A DNA stretch of 64,000 bases from an uncultured Clostridia bacterium (lineage in GTDB: Bacteria > Bacillota > Clostridia > UMGS1883 > UMGS1540), in assembly GCA_937966555.1 (NCBI GenBank), contig CALCLY010000031.1, forward strand, positions 1,869 through 65,868, in the 5' to 3' direction. Under the pieces are notes generated by a model. The model saw nothing but the letters and a program-made list of their open reading frames with translations. It did not search any database and was not told the origin of the DNA. The position numbers were made by a program, and so were the translations under genes. Below, piece by piece: positions 1-9,336 of the stretch (within the stretch, counting starts at the first letter, position 1; every line of letters begins with the position of its first letter).

Positions 1-630
1 AAAAGTTCATCGGAAGGAATTATGCGATATAATATAAACTTTAATATTGAAAAAAACGGAATTAAATCTGCTTTTAAACTTTATGAAAAATTGACTTCGG
101 CTTTGCACAAACCGTATGTATTCTTTAATAATGTTCCAACGGTTGATAATACTCTTTCCAACTTGTGCGCTGCCATTGTTCAAAACAATAAATATACAAT
201 TTCGATGCATTTTCATGAATTTATTATAGCCATTCTCGGAATTTCCGATGAGCTGTCTGTTCCTGCGCTGCTTGACGCTGCGGCTTTTGACAGCAATATG
301 ACGAGAATATACAAAATCCACAACGTTATCAATCGAAACTTTACTTCAAAGCTGTCCATAAAACAAATTGCGGACATGCTTTTTTTGAGCACCAGGCAGG
401 TCAACAGAATAATACAGCAGTATTACGGCAAAACATTCCGCGAGCTCATAACACAAATGCGCATGAATGCAGCTTCTGCCCTTCTTTCGGAAACCGATAT
501 GAAGATTTCCACCGTTTCCGCCAAAGTCGGATATAATTCCGTCCGCGGATTTTATACTGCTTTCAGAAAATATTACGGCTGCCTTCCAAGCGAATACAGG
601 GATATGTCAAAAAACGATCCTTTTATTTAA
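1..630 (+). CDS. AraC-family transcriptional regulator, C-terminal HTH part (N-terminus lies upstream of the window)
   Basis: The frame is open from base 1. The C-terminal ~100 aa carry the AraC HTH signature (IKQIADMLFLSTRQVNRIIQQYYGKTFRELITQMRMNAASALL...VGYNSVRGFYTAFRKYYGCLPSEYR). Confidence 0.8.
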   Translation, partial: KSSSEGIMRYNINFNIEKNGIKSAFKLYEKLTSALHKPYVFFNNVPTVDNTLSNLCAAIVQNNKYTISMHFHEFIIAILGISDELSVPALLDAAAFDSNMTRIYKIHNVINRNFTSKLSIKQIADMLFLSTRQVNRIIQQYYGKTFRELITQMRMNAASALLSETDMKISTVSAKVGYNSVRGFYTAFRKYYGCLPSEYRDMSKNDPFI

Positions 631-643
631 TTTTTTGCTCCTA

Positions 644-707
644 TGTGACAACTTAAAAAAATCATGTCACTTCTCTTCATTGATTTTTTTCGTAATTATT
701 ATATAAT
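644..707 (+). promoter_or_regulatory. Candidate sigma-A promoter (TTGATT 680-685, TATAAT 702-707) preceded by the inverted repeat TGTGACA(644-650)...TGTCAC(665-670)
   Basis: -35/-10 hexamers with a 16-nt spacer lie ~45 nt upstream of the 755 start codon. The inverted repeat upstream may be an operator for the adjacent AraC regulator. Confidence 0.4.
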
Positions 708-754
708 TATTTTATAAAAATCAAGCCGCAAAAAACGGCAGAACGGAGAAAAAA

Positions 755-2098
755 ATGATTAAAGCAGGATTTTCAAGATTATGTATTGATCCGCCTTTGT
801 GCACACCTCTGTCGGGTTACTACGAGGCCCGTTACAACCGCGGCGTTTTAGACTCGCTTTATGTGAGCGCGGCCGCGTTTTCTGACGGCGAAAATCAAGC
901 CGTAATAATTACGCTTGATCTTTGCATGCTGACAACGGCTCAGAGTGATTCCTACAGAGAAGCTGCCGCAAAGACATGCGGAATTCCCAAAGAAAGTGTG
1001 TTTCTGACATGCACGCATACGCACACAGGCCCTATGATAGGCAAAGACTTCGCGTCGGAGCTGCACGGATCCGAAACCTATGAGGCTTACCTCGGCACCC
1101 GAATATGCGACGCCGCTCTTTATGCATTTGCCGACCTTCGCGGCGCATCTTTTCAAAGCGCCTCCTCGGGTGTTGAAAACATTTCTTTTATAAGACGTTT
1201 TCGCATGAAGGACGGAAGCGTTCAGACAAATCCCGGGATTGATAACGAGAATATCGCTTCACCTTTAGGCGCTCCCGACAACACCTTAAACCTTTTAAAG
1301 ATTTTAAGAAGCGACGCGGAGGATATTTACATAGTAAACTTCGGCACGCATCCCGACACCATCGGAGGAGAAATGGTAAGCGCGGATTATCCCGGCTTTG
1401 TCCGCTCGACGGTTGAAGGCGCTCTTGAAAATGTAAAATGCATTTTCCTTACCGCTCCGCAGGGAGACGTAAACCACATCAACCCCTTCCCCAAAGACTA
1501 TGACAGGCAGGGCCTTTGCTATGATAGCTTTGACGGTGTTCCGAGAGGCTATGAGCACGCAAAGCACATGGGCAGAGCAATCGGCGGAGAGGTTTTGAAA
1601 ATTTGCGGCAAAGCCCTGCCGCTTGAATGCAACACTTTGAATTTCGCCGAGAAAAGGGTATCGGTTTTTGTAAACAAGGAAAATGACCGTATTAAAGACG
1701 CAGAAAAAATACTTCATCTTCATGAGCTTGGGAGAGATTCGGAGCTTCCGTTCAAAAAAATGGAGCTGACAACCGAGGTTGCCCGTGCAAAACGTATTAT
1801 TGACCTTAAAGACGCTCCAGACACAATAGAAGTAAGTATTTCGTGTATCATTTTGGGCGGCGCCGCTTTTATCGGTTTTCCGGGCGAGCCGTTTGTGGAA
1901 ATCGGACGCAAAATCAGAAAAGGATCTCCATTTAAAACAAATATTCTGTGCTGTCTTACAAACGGCGGAGACTACTACTTTCCAACAGCGTCGGCATATG
2001 ATGAAGGCGGATACGAAGCCGCAACATCCCATCTTAAGCGCGGAACTGCCGAAAAGCTTGCCGAGGAATCGGTAAAGCTTATTACAGAATTAAATTAA
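755..2098 (+). CDS. Neutral/alkaline ceramidase-like hydrolase family protein (447 aa)
   Basis: The N-terminal region (GYYEARYNRGVLDSLYVSAAAF...VIITLDLCML...FLTCTHTHTGP) resembles the neutral ceramidase N-terminal domain with its THTHxGP motif. RBS GGAG sits upstream. First gene of a 4-gene + strand operon. Confidence 0.5.
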   Translation: MIKAGFSRLCIDPPLCTPLSGYYEARYNRGVLDSLYVSAAAFSDGENQAVIITLDLCMLTTAQSDSYREAAAKTCGIPKESVFLTCTHTHTGPMIGKDFASELHGSETYEAYLGTRICDAALYAFADLRGASFQSASSGVENISFIRRFRMKDGSVQTNPGIDNENIASPLGAPDNTLNLLKILRSDAEDIYIVNFGTHPDTIGGEMVSADYPGFVRSTVEGALENVKCIFLTAPQGDVNHINPFPKDYDRQGLCYDSFDGVPRGYEHAKHMGRAIGGEVLKICGKALPLECNTLNFAEKRVSVFVNKENDRIKDAEKILHLHELGRDSELPFKKMELTTEVARAKRIIDLKDAPDTIEVSISCIILGGAAFIGFPGEPFVEIGRKIRKGSPFKTNILCCLTNGGDYYFPTASAYDEGGYEAATSHLKRGTAEKLAEESVKLITELN

Positions 2099-2111
2099 AG
2101 GAGAACAACCC

Positions 2112-2900
2112 GTGAACAAAGGTATTTCGATGTTTGATTTAAGAGGGAAAACTGCCGTTCTTTCGGGCGGGGCAGGTCTTTACGGCAGACAGATTGCCTC
2201 GGCTCTGGCGGAATGCGGCGCAAAGCTTTATATTGCTTCGCGAAACTTTGAAAAGAATCAAAAGCTGGCAGATGAATTAAATTCTCTCGGCTGCGACGTA
2301 CACGCAAAAGAGCTTGACCTTTCTTCCGAAAAAAGCATAATCGCCCTCGCGGAAAGCGTTTTTGAAGAATGCGGCAAAGCAGACATTCTTATTAATAATG
2401 CCGTCATGCGTACAATGCAGGGTTATGACGACACCGCCGAAGCCTTTGACATGAGCATGAAGATAAACGCAACCGGGCTTTTCCTTATTTCACGGGCGTT
2501 CGGCGACAGAATGGCAGAAAAAGGCGGCGGAAACATTATAAATATAGGCTCGTACATGGGATTGCTCGGCCCCGACTATTCTCTTTACGACGGCACCGAC
2601 ATGAATACGCGCGGCTGTCCGCCGGATTATTTCTTTCATAAGGGCGGCATAACAAATTACACGCGTTTTCTCGCATCGCACTACGGAAAAAGCGGAGTAA
2701 GGTGCAACTGCCTTGAGCTCGGCGGACTTTATTCGGGTCAGGATGAAATCTTTGTCAAAAAATACAGCGAAAAAACTATGCTCGGGAGGATGGCAAACGA
2801 AACCGACATTAAAGGCAGCGTTGTATTTTTGGCAAGCGACGCATCCGCTTATATTACAGGCTCTATTATCTGTGTCGACGGCGGATACTCCGCAAAATAA
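2112..2900 (+). CDS. SDR-family short-chain dehydrogenase/reductase
   Basis: N-terminal Rossmann motif TAVLSGGAGLYGRQIA...IASRN, internal NNAV, and an overall 262-aa SDR layout. Start is 14 nt after the upstream stop. Confidence 0.8.
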   Translation: MNKGISMFDLRGKTAVLSGGAGLYGRQIASALAECGAKLYIASRNFEKNQKLADELNSLGCDVHAKELDLSSEKSIIALAESVFEECGKADILINNAVMRTMQGYDDTAEAFDMSMKINATGLFLISRAFGDRMAEKGGGNIINIGSYMGLLGPDYSLYDGTDMNTRGCPPDYFFHKGGITNYTRFLASHYGKSGVRCNCLELGGLYSGQDEIFVKKYSEKTMLGRMANETDIKGSVVFLASDASAYITGSIICVDGGYSAK

Positions 2901-2916
2901 AAAGGAGATAAGAGTT

Positions 2917-3828
2917 TTGGAATACACAGTAAAAAACGATACGAAAATTTCAAAAATCACTTTGGGCACAGCTCAGCTCGGGCAAAGCTACGGCATAAAC
3001 AATACATCCGGAATCCCTGACGGGAAAGAAGCCGAAAACATTTTAAACACGGCGCTTTCTCTCGGGATAAACACTTTTGACACATCAAACGACTACGGTG
3101 ACAGCGAAAAAATAATCGGTGAATTTTTCGGACGCCGTAAAGAATCGCCCGTAATTGTAACAAAAACGGGCGCCGAAGGAAGCAAAGCGGCTCTTTACGA
3201 TATGCTTGCCGAAAACGCGGAGAAGTCGCTTAAGAACCTGAACGTTTCCTCGCTTCCGTGTCTTATGCTTCATCATGAGAAATTCGTTACTGAATACGGC
3301 CGGGCGCTTATTGACGCCATGAACAAGCTTAAATCAAACGGCATTATCAGAAAAACAGGCATATCCTTTTCCGACAAAGCCGATATGAAGAAGATTTTGT
3401 CGGACGGCTCATTTGACTTTGTTCAGTTGCCGATGAATATTTTCGATTGCGAGGAAATATTAAACGGAACTCTCTCAAAGCTTAACAAAAGCGGCATGAC
3501 GGTTTTTATCAGAAGCGTATATCTTCAAGGTCTTTTCTTCAAAGACCCGGATACGCTTCCGAAAAAGCTGAGATCCTCAAAAGAACACCTTTTAAAGCTT
3601 CGCGCACTGTCGGAGAGATACGGCGTATCCGTACAGGCCATGGCATCCGGTTTTATTTACTTCTCGGAGGGGGTGGACAGCGTGCTTGTCGGCTGCAAAA
3701 AAGCCTCGCAGCTTGAAGAAAGCGCGAAGCTGCCTTTACCGCTTCCGAAAAAGCTGACGGAAGAAATATTTGAAATATCACAGAAAATCCCATCGGTTGT
3801 AAAACATCCCTGGGAATGGAATAATTAA
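2917..3828 (+). CDS. Aldo/keto reductase family oxidoreductase (TTG start at 2917 after RBS AAAGGAG at 2901-2907)
   Basis: ITLGTAQLGQSYGINN...GINTFDTSNDYGDSEKIIGEF matches the AKR N-terminus. The longer ORF-track start (2713) would overlap the upstream SDR gene. Here RBS + TTG abut the SDR stop. Confidence 0.75.
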   Translation: MEYTVKNDTKISKITLGTAQLGQSYGINNTSGIPDGKEAENILNTALSLGINTFDTSNDYGDSEKIIGEFFGRRKESPVIVTKTGAEGSKAALYDMLAENAEKSLKNLNVSSLPCLMLHHEKFVTEYGRALIDAMNKLKSNGIIRKTGISFSDKADMKKILSDGSFDFVQLPMNIFDCEEILNGTLSKLNKSGMTVFIRSVYLQGLFFKDPDTLPKKLRSSKEHLLKLRALSERYGVSVQAMASGFIYFSEGVDSVLVGCKKASQLEESAKLPLPLPKKLTEEIFEISQKIPSVVKHPWEWNN

Positions 3829-3842
3829 ACGGAGGTTAGAAA

Positions 3843-4823
3843 ATGATATCATGCACTGAATTTATACCGCTTTACAGCGAATTTTTCAAGTATCTTGACA
3901 AGGACGGCGGACATGATGCCGTTATGGAGTACTGGAATTACCTTTCCGACAAAAACATCGGAGACAAAACAAACCCGAATTCCTTGGGCTACAAATGCGA
4001 GAAATTCGGCGGCTTTGACGGCGCGCGCGCTTATTGGGGGCATACGCTTACAGAAGAAGCCTGCGACCTTTTTGAAATATGCGACAATAAAAACAGATTT
4101 GTTTACGAGCATATGAGACACTGCCCCTCAAGAGGCATGCTAAACGATTTAAAACATATTGAGCCCTACTATGACTACTGCGAGCACTGCAAAGTAATAT
4201 ATTCCCGTGTTTTGGAAAAGTACGGTGTTGTATATGAAAGAGATCATTCAAAAATCAATTCGGCGCAATGCTCATCGATTCTTTATGAAAAAGGTAACAA
4301 ACCCGATATTGATTTTTTCAATATGACAGATGATGAAATAAAAAAATCTGTCGGAACAGAAAATATAACCGTCACCGATCTTAAGACGGAAGACAACAAA
4401 TACCTGCACCGCGACTTTCATCTGCTTTCGGATTTTGCGCTTAAATATTGCGGTGACAAATTCGGTCATGACGCCGTTATAAGCTTTTTAACGGACTACA
4501 CAAAGCACTACTATTCACCTCAAATCGAAAAATTCAGAGCCGAAGGTCTTGCTGCAATCGAAAAATGGATAAAACACATCTATGAAATCGAAGAAGCGCC
4601 CGACGTTCTGCAAACAGAACTTATGAAGGACAGACTTATTGTAAAAATCAAAAAATGTCCCGTTATAGCGTACATGCGCTCACTTAACCAGGAGCCGAGC
4701 GAATACTATATCGAAGAAACAAAAACGCTGTACGGCGTTATTGCCGAAGAAAGCGGATTTAAATTTGCTCTGAAATACTATGATACGGACGGAAAAACAG
4801 AATTTGAATTCCGTGAAAAATAA
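3843..4823 (+). CDS. Hypothetical protein with an internal tandem duplication (GGHDAVMEYWNYL / FGHDAVISFLTDY) and several Cys/His pairs
   Basis: RBS GGAGG lies 8 nt upstream of ATG. No recognisable family. Last gene of the operon; a strong terminator follows. Confidence 0.6.
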   Translation: MISCTEFIPLYSEFFKYLDKDGGHDAVMEYWNYLSDKNIGDKTNPNSLGYKCEKFGGFDGARAYWGHTLTEEACDLFEICDNKNRFVYEHMRHCPSRGMLNDLKHIEPYYDYCEHCKVIYSRVLEKYGVVYERDHSKINSAQCSSILYEKGNKPDIDFFNMTDDEIKKSVGTENITVTDLKTEDNKYLHRDFHLLSDFALKYCGDKFGHDAVISFLTDYTKHYYSPQIEKFRAEGLAAIEKWIKHIYEIEEAPDVLQTELMKDRLIVKIKKCPVIAYMRSLNQEPSEYYIEETKTLYGVIAEESGFKFALKYYDTDGKTEFEFREK

Positions 4824-4833
4824 TGCATTGTTT

Positions 4834-4900
4834 AAAAGGGATGTTAATCTTTGGTTCGGTTTGCCGGTTCCAAAGATTAACATCCCTTTTCTTTTTATTT
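4834..4900. terminator. Bidirectional rho-independent terminator (21-bp perfect stem AAAAGGGATGTTAATCTTTGG / CCAAAGATTAACATCCCTTTT)
   Basis: A perfect long hairpin is followed by CTTTTTATTTT on the + strand and an A/T run on the - strand. It sits between the convergent operon end (4823) and the ispE stop (4895). Confidence 0.75.
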
Positions 4901-5752
4901 TCTGCCCACGGGCTGCGTCACAAAAGAGTTTACACCGCGTTTTAAAAATCTTTTTTTTGCGTTGTATGCGCAGGATCTGTTGTTAAAAATTCCGAAGACT
5001 GCTGAGCCGCTCCCCGTCATGGCGCTGCCCAAAGCTCCGCTCTCAAGCATTATGCCCTTAAAACGGTTAAGTTCTTTATACCGCCCCTTTGCAGCTTCCT
5101 CCAAAACGTTAAACACTCTTACACTTATTCCGTTTAGATCTTTATTTTTTATACAGGAAATAATCTCGTCCGTCAACGGATGTTCTGTAACGGATAACTT
5201 GTCATAAGCTTTGTATGCCGCTTTTGTGTTTATAGACATATCGGGTTTTGCAATAACAATAAAGCAGTCCGGAAACGGCGGCAGCTTTGTAAGGACTTCG
5301 CCAAGTCCCTCCGCAAGATATGTGCCGCCCAGCACACAAAAGGGCACATCTGCGCCGCAAAGCAGCGCGGTTTCCAATATTTCGTCATTTGACAGCGGAA
5401 AATTATACATTCCGTTAAGTGTTTTCAAGACGGTTGCCGCATCTGCGCTTCCGCCGCCGAGTCCGGCACCCATTGGAATTCTTTTATTAATGATTATATC
5501 AACACCATCCGAAATTCCGCTTTTTTCAAAGAAAAGCTCTGCCGCCTTATATACAGTATTTCGCTTGTCGGTTGCCAAAAACGGACAGTCGGAGGAAATA
5601 TTTATACCCTTCTTCGCGTTTTCGACGGTAATGTCATCAAACAGACTAACCGACTGCATAATTGTTTTTATATCGTGATATCCGTTTTCGCGTCTCCCCG
5701 TAATATCAAGCGAAACATTTATTTTCGCATAGGCGCGGAAGCTTTGCCTCAT
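4895..5752 (-). CDS. ispE: 4-diphosphocytidyl-2-C-methyl-D-erythritol kinase
   Basis: GHMP-kinase motif PMGAGLGGGSADAA; N-terminus AKINVSLDITGRRENGYHDIKTIMQSVSLFD is typical of IspE. Confidence 0.85.
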   Translation of the reverse strand: MRQSFRAYAKINVSLDITGRRENGYHDIKTIMQSVSLFDDITVENAKKGINISSDCPFLATDKRNTVYKAAELFFEKSGISDGVDIIINKRIPMGAGLGGGSADAATVLKTLNGMYNFPLSNDEILETALLCGADVPFCVLGGTYLAEGLGEVLTKLPPFPDCFIVIAKPDMSINTKAAYKAYDKLSVTEHPLTDEIISCIKNKDLNGISVRVFNVLEEAAKGRYKELNRFKGIMLESGALGSAMTGSGSAVFGIFNNRSCAYNAKKRFLKRGVNSFVTQPVGRK

Positions 5753-6633
5753 TTCTTTTCTACTCCTCCGTTTGCAACTATTCCTTTAAGATACTGCATA
5801 AAATCGTCTTTTAAATCGTCACGTCTTAAAGCAAACTCAACCGTTGCCTTTAAAAATCCCATTTTGTTTCCCACATCATATCTGTCTCCCTCAAAGTCAT
5901 AAGCATATACGGGCTGTTTATGGGAAAGAGTGCAGAGAGCGTCCGTAAGCTGGATTTCTCCGCCCGCTCCGGGTTTTGTATCACGAAGAATATTAAATAT
6001 CTCCGGAGTTATTATATATCTGCCGAGCACCGCCAAATCGGATGGTGCCTCATCGGGGTCCGGTTTTTCTACCATACCGTTAACCCTGTACAGTCTGTCT
6101 TCTATCTGACCGGCATTTATAATACCGTATTTAGAAAGATCTTTTTTTGCCACACGCTGAACGCCCAACACCGTGCTTGAATATTTATCGTATACATCTA
6201 TCATCTGCTTTAAACACGGAACCTTTGAGCTTACCACATCATCGCCCAGCAAAACAGCAAAAGGTGAATTGCCTATAAAAGACTTTGCACAATATATTGC
6301 ATGACCAAGTCCGAGTGCTTCTTTTTGCCTTACGTAATGGATATTTGCCAGCGAAGAAATCTTTTCAATCATCTCGATATAATCATGCTTACCGGCGCGC
6401 TTAAGCTCGTTTTCAAGCTCATAGGATTTGTCAAAGTGGTCTTCTATTGCGCGTTTTCCCCTGCCCGTAACAATTAAAATATCTTCTATCCCCGAAGCAG
6501 CCGCCTCTTCGATTATATATTGAAGTGTCGGCGTATCAACGATAGGCAGCATTTCCTTGGGAACCGCTTTTGTTGCCGGAAGAAATCTTGTCCCGAGACC
6601 GGCAGCGGGAATAACAGCTTTTGTAATCTTCAT
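5749..6633 (-). CDS. galU: UTP--glucose-1-phosphate uridylyltransferase
   Basis: KAVIPAAGLGTRFLPATKAVPKEMLPIVDTPTLQYIIEEAAASGIEDILIVTGRGKRAIEDHFD is the canonical GalU N-terminus. Overlaps ispE by 4 nt (same operon). Confidence 0.85.
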   Translation of the reverse strand: MKITKAVIPAAGLGTRFLPATKAVPKEMLPIVDTPTLQYIIEEAAASGIEDILIVTGRGKRAIEDHFDKSYELENELKRAGKHDYIEMIEKISSLANIHYVRQKEALGLGHAIYCAKSFIGNSPFAVLLGDDVVSSKVPCLKQMIDVYDKYSSTVLGVQRVAKKDLSKYGIINAGQIEDRLYRVNGMVEKPDPDEAPSDLAVLGRYIITPEIFNILRDTKPGAGGEIQLTDALCTLSHKQPVYAYDFEGDRYDVGNKMGFLKATVEFALRRDDLKDDFMQYLKGIVANGGVEKK

Positions 6634-6826
6634 GAAAAGTCCTCCTTACAGCAGTTTTTATTAAACCTGTTATATACGCGTTTGTATCAGTTTTTTACAA
6701 TGTTTTCATACCGATTTGCTGCAATTATTATACCACAGTTCTTCCTTCATTGTCAATATAAAAGGGCAGTTTGAAAAAGGACTAACTATTAATTTTAATT
6801 TTTTGAGAGAAATTTATAAAATAGCA

Positions 6827-6884
6827 TTGACAAATGTAGCTGACCATGCTATACTGATTACAGTAGCTACGAGTGTAATTACAC
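6827..6884 (+). promoter_or_regulatory. sigma-A promoter (TTGACA 6827-6832, 17-nt spacer, TATACT 6850-6855) plus BlaI/MecI/CopY-type operator TTACAGTAGCTACGAGTGTAATTACAC (6858-6884)
   Basis: Consensus hexamers sit ~70 nt upstream of blaI. The perfect palindrome GTGTAATTACAC and a TACA-N12-TGTA dyad contain the TACA/TGTA half-sites recognised by the penicillinase-repressor family. Confidence 0.5.
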
Positions 6885-6922
6885 TTAACAAAAATCTTAT
6901 GACGCATAAGGGGGCATTTTAT

Positions 6923-7294
6923 ATGTCAAATGCAAAACACACAATTACCGATTCGGAATACAGTATTATGAAAATTTTGTGGAACTCGGAAAAGAAAATG
7001 ACGGTATCCGATGTTGTGGACGCCCTTGACGGAAACGACTGGACGCCGTCCACTGTTTCAACATTTTTGCAGAGATTATTAAAAAAGAATGTTGTATCCT
7101 GCGAAAAAAAGGGGAACACAAATTTATATTATCCGATTTTGAAACAAAATGATTATGATATGTCTGAGACCGAGAGCTTTTTATCAAAAATATATAAAGG
7201 CTCAGTTAAAAATCTTGTTGCGGCACTCTATGAGAACAAAAAGCTTTCCAAAGAGGATATGTCGGAGCTTAAAAGTATGTTTGATTTGGAGTGA
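6923..7294 (+). CDS. BlaI/MecI/CopY-family transcriptional repressor (123 aa)
   Basis: Winged-helix penicillinase-repressor N-terminus (ITDSEYSIMKILWNSEKKMTVSDVVDAL...WTPSTVSTFLQRLLKKNVV). RBS AAGGGGG before ATG 6923. Confidence 0.85.
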   Translation: MSNAKHTITDSEYSIMKILWNSEKKMTVSDVVDALDGNDWTPSTVSTFLQRLLKKNVVSCEKKGNTNLYYPILKQNDYDMSETESFLSKIYKGSVKNLVAALYENKKLSKEDMSELKSMFDLE

Positions 7295-8136
7295 TAAATT
7301 TGTACGATGTTTTCAAAACAGTGCTTATATTAAGCCTGTTCGGTTTTGGGATAACAGCGCTGCTTTTACTCTTAAAGCCCATTACCGCAAAGAGGCTGCC
7401 GGCAAGGTGGCAATACTGCGTATGGATTACCCTGCTGATTTCTATGGTCTTTCCGGCATACAAGCTGATACCGAAAAAAGAGGCTCAAAAACTCTCGATA
7501 GTGCCGCAAAATCAAACGGTGCAGACCACAGTGCAGCCGCATGAGGAAACCCATCCCGATACGGTTGTAACTTATGACACACCGATTGAATATCGAGAGG
7601 TTAATCTATCGCCCAAAATTTCAATACGGCTTTTTGACCTTATCGCATATATATGGGGCGCAGGCGTTCTCATATTTTTGCTTGTTGTCATTATAAGCTA
7701 TTTCAGGTTTTTGTGCCGCAAAAGCAAAAATTCGGTTAAGATTTCCGACAACAAGATATTTTCGGAAGTAAAAAAGGAACTTAAAATTAAAAAGCATATC
7801 AGACTGAAAGCGTCATCGGATATAGGCTCGCCTATACTTGTCGGCGTATTGTTTCCGACAGTATATATTCCCTGCCGGGAAATTCCCGATGACAATATGC
7901 GTATGGTGCTTTTGCACGAGCTGACGCATTACAAGCGAAAGGATTTGCTCATAAAATGGTTTGCGGTTTTGGTAAATGCCGTTCACTGGTTCAATCCGCT
8001 TTGCTATCTTGCCTGTGCAAATCTGAGTGAAGCGTGCGAGGTATCATGCGATATGTCGGTGACAAAAAATATGTCCGAAGATGAACAAAAGCTGTATATG
8101 CAGACAATTCTTAATTTAGCCACGGAAAGGAGCTAA
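7291..8136 (+). CDS. BlaR1/MecR1-like M56 zinc metalloprotease, membrane part only (281 aa; no C-terminal penicillin-binding sensor domain)
   Basis: Several TM helices plus the HEXXH motif (HELTHYKRKDL) of peptidase family M56. GTG start overlaps the blaI stop (GTGA). The protein ends ~300 aa short of a full BlaR1. Confidence 0.8.
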   Translation: MINLYDVFKTVLILSLFGFGITALLLLLKPITAKRLPARWQYCVWITLLISMVFPAYKLIPKKEAQKLSIVPQNQTVQTTVQPHEETHPDTVVTYDTPIEYREVNLSPKISIRLFDLIAYIWGAGVLIFLLVVIISYFRFLCRKSKNSVKISDNKIFSEVKKELKIKKHIRLKASSDIGSPILVGVLFPTVYIPCREIPDDNMRMVLLHELTHYKRKDLLIKWFAVLVNAVHWFNPLCYLACANLSEACEVSCDMSVTKNMSEDEQKLYMQTILNLATERS

Positions 8137-8140
8137 TAAA

Positions 8141-9322
8141 ATGCTTGAAAATTTATACACAACTAAAATGAGTGCAAATAAAAAGACCTTGCAGAACAGG
8201 TTTACAAAGATCCGCAGGAAAAGCGGACGGATTTCAAAAATTATGGCGGCGGTGATGTCCTGCGCCATTGCCGTAACAATGCTTGGCGGAGCTATCGTTA
8301 TGGCGGCGGTCGGCTCGGACGGCTTGGAGCATTTTACAAAAAACGAAATTTATTATAAGGACGGAGTTAAATTTTCCGTAAATGTTTCGGGTAAAAATGT
8401 GCCCGCATGGGTTTATGAAGATGTTGCGGGCGATGACGGTAAAATTGATGTTACCGTAAACCGCTATCAAACCAGAGATTTAAAGGGAGTTGTAAGCAAC
8501 GACCAGGTTATAGAGCTTTCGGGAGACAAGGGTCAAATAAAGCTCGCATCACAAAGTTATTCAATGGCTTATAAGCAAAGCCGCGGAGTTAACGCTCCCG
8601 ATTACTTGTATAACTATCCGTATTACTATTCGGAAATCGATTTTATTGAGTTTAACAACACAGGCTATGCACCCGAATCAATGGCAATAACGGCTTTAAC
8701 AGATAAAAAAGAACCAAAATACAGACGAATTGCAGTTTATTTTGCTTTCGATGATAACAAACAAATGCAAACCGTATTTATAAACTTCGGTATAGCCGAC
8801 AAGAATGACAATCCAGCAAATATGTCATTCGATGGCATGCAGCCTGTTGACGGATTAACGTACATAGGTAACTTCCTTGAAGATTATACAAAGTCTGTTT
8901 GGAATGACAATACCGATAATAATTATTATTTCACAATGTATGAGGATAACTATCAAAACAAAAAAGCAGACGGCATTGACTTTACTATTGAAAAATCGAC
9001 AACAGAAGGTATTGTTATAAACACAAATGTAACTCTTTCGCAGGCTGACCGCATTATAATAGATGTTTACAATAAAGAAGGGAGCCAGATAGCTTTCAGT
9101 CACGAAAAAGACAACACTGCTGCACCGCAATATGTCTTGACACCAGCAAAAGACAAAGTTTATTTGCATACAGGTAACGGTGAACCGCCGAAGCTTATAA
9201 GCGAAACAGCCATTCCCGAAAATCAATTTGTAAGCGGTGAAAAATACCGTGTGTGCATTGTTGTTTTGGATAAGGATTACAATGTTATTTACCGCTGGCA
9301 AAAATATGTAACAATTCAATAA
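8141..9322 (+). CDS. Membrane-anchored exported protein of unknown function (393 aa; cytoplasmic basic N-tail, one TM helix, large extracellular domain)
   Basis: N-terminus KIRRKSGRISKIMAAVMSCAIAVTMLGGAIVMAAVG gives an anti-sigma/sensor-like topology. Starts 5 nt after the BlaR1-like stop (operon). Confidence 0.6.
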   Translation: MLENLYTTKMSANKKTLQNRFTKIRRKSGRISKIMAAVMSCAIAVTMLGGAIVMAAVGSDGLEHFTKNEIYYKDGVKFSVNVSGKNVPAWVYEDVAGDDGKIDVTVNRYQTRDLKGVVSNDQVIELSGDKGQIKLASQSYSMAYKQSRGVNAPDYLYNYPYYYSEIDFIEFNNTGYAPESMAITALTDKKEPKYRRIAVYFAFDDNKQMQTVFINFGIADKNDNPANMSFDGMQPVDGLTYIGNFLEDYTKSVWNDNTDNNYYFTMYEDNYQNKKADGIDFTIEKSTTEGIVINTNVTLSQADRIIIDVYNKEGSQIAFSHEKDNTAAPQYVLTPAKDKVYLHTGNGEPPKLISETAIPENQFVSGEKYRVCIVVLDKDYNVIYRWQKYVTIQ

Positions 9323-9336
9323 GAGGAGGTTTTAAG

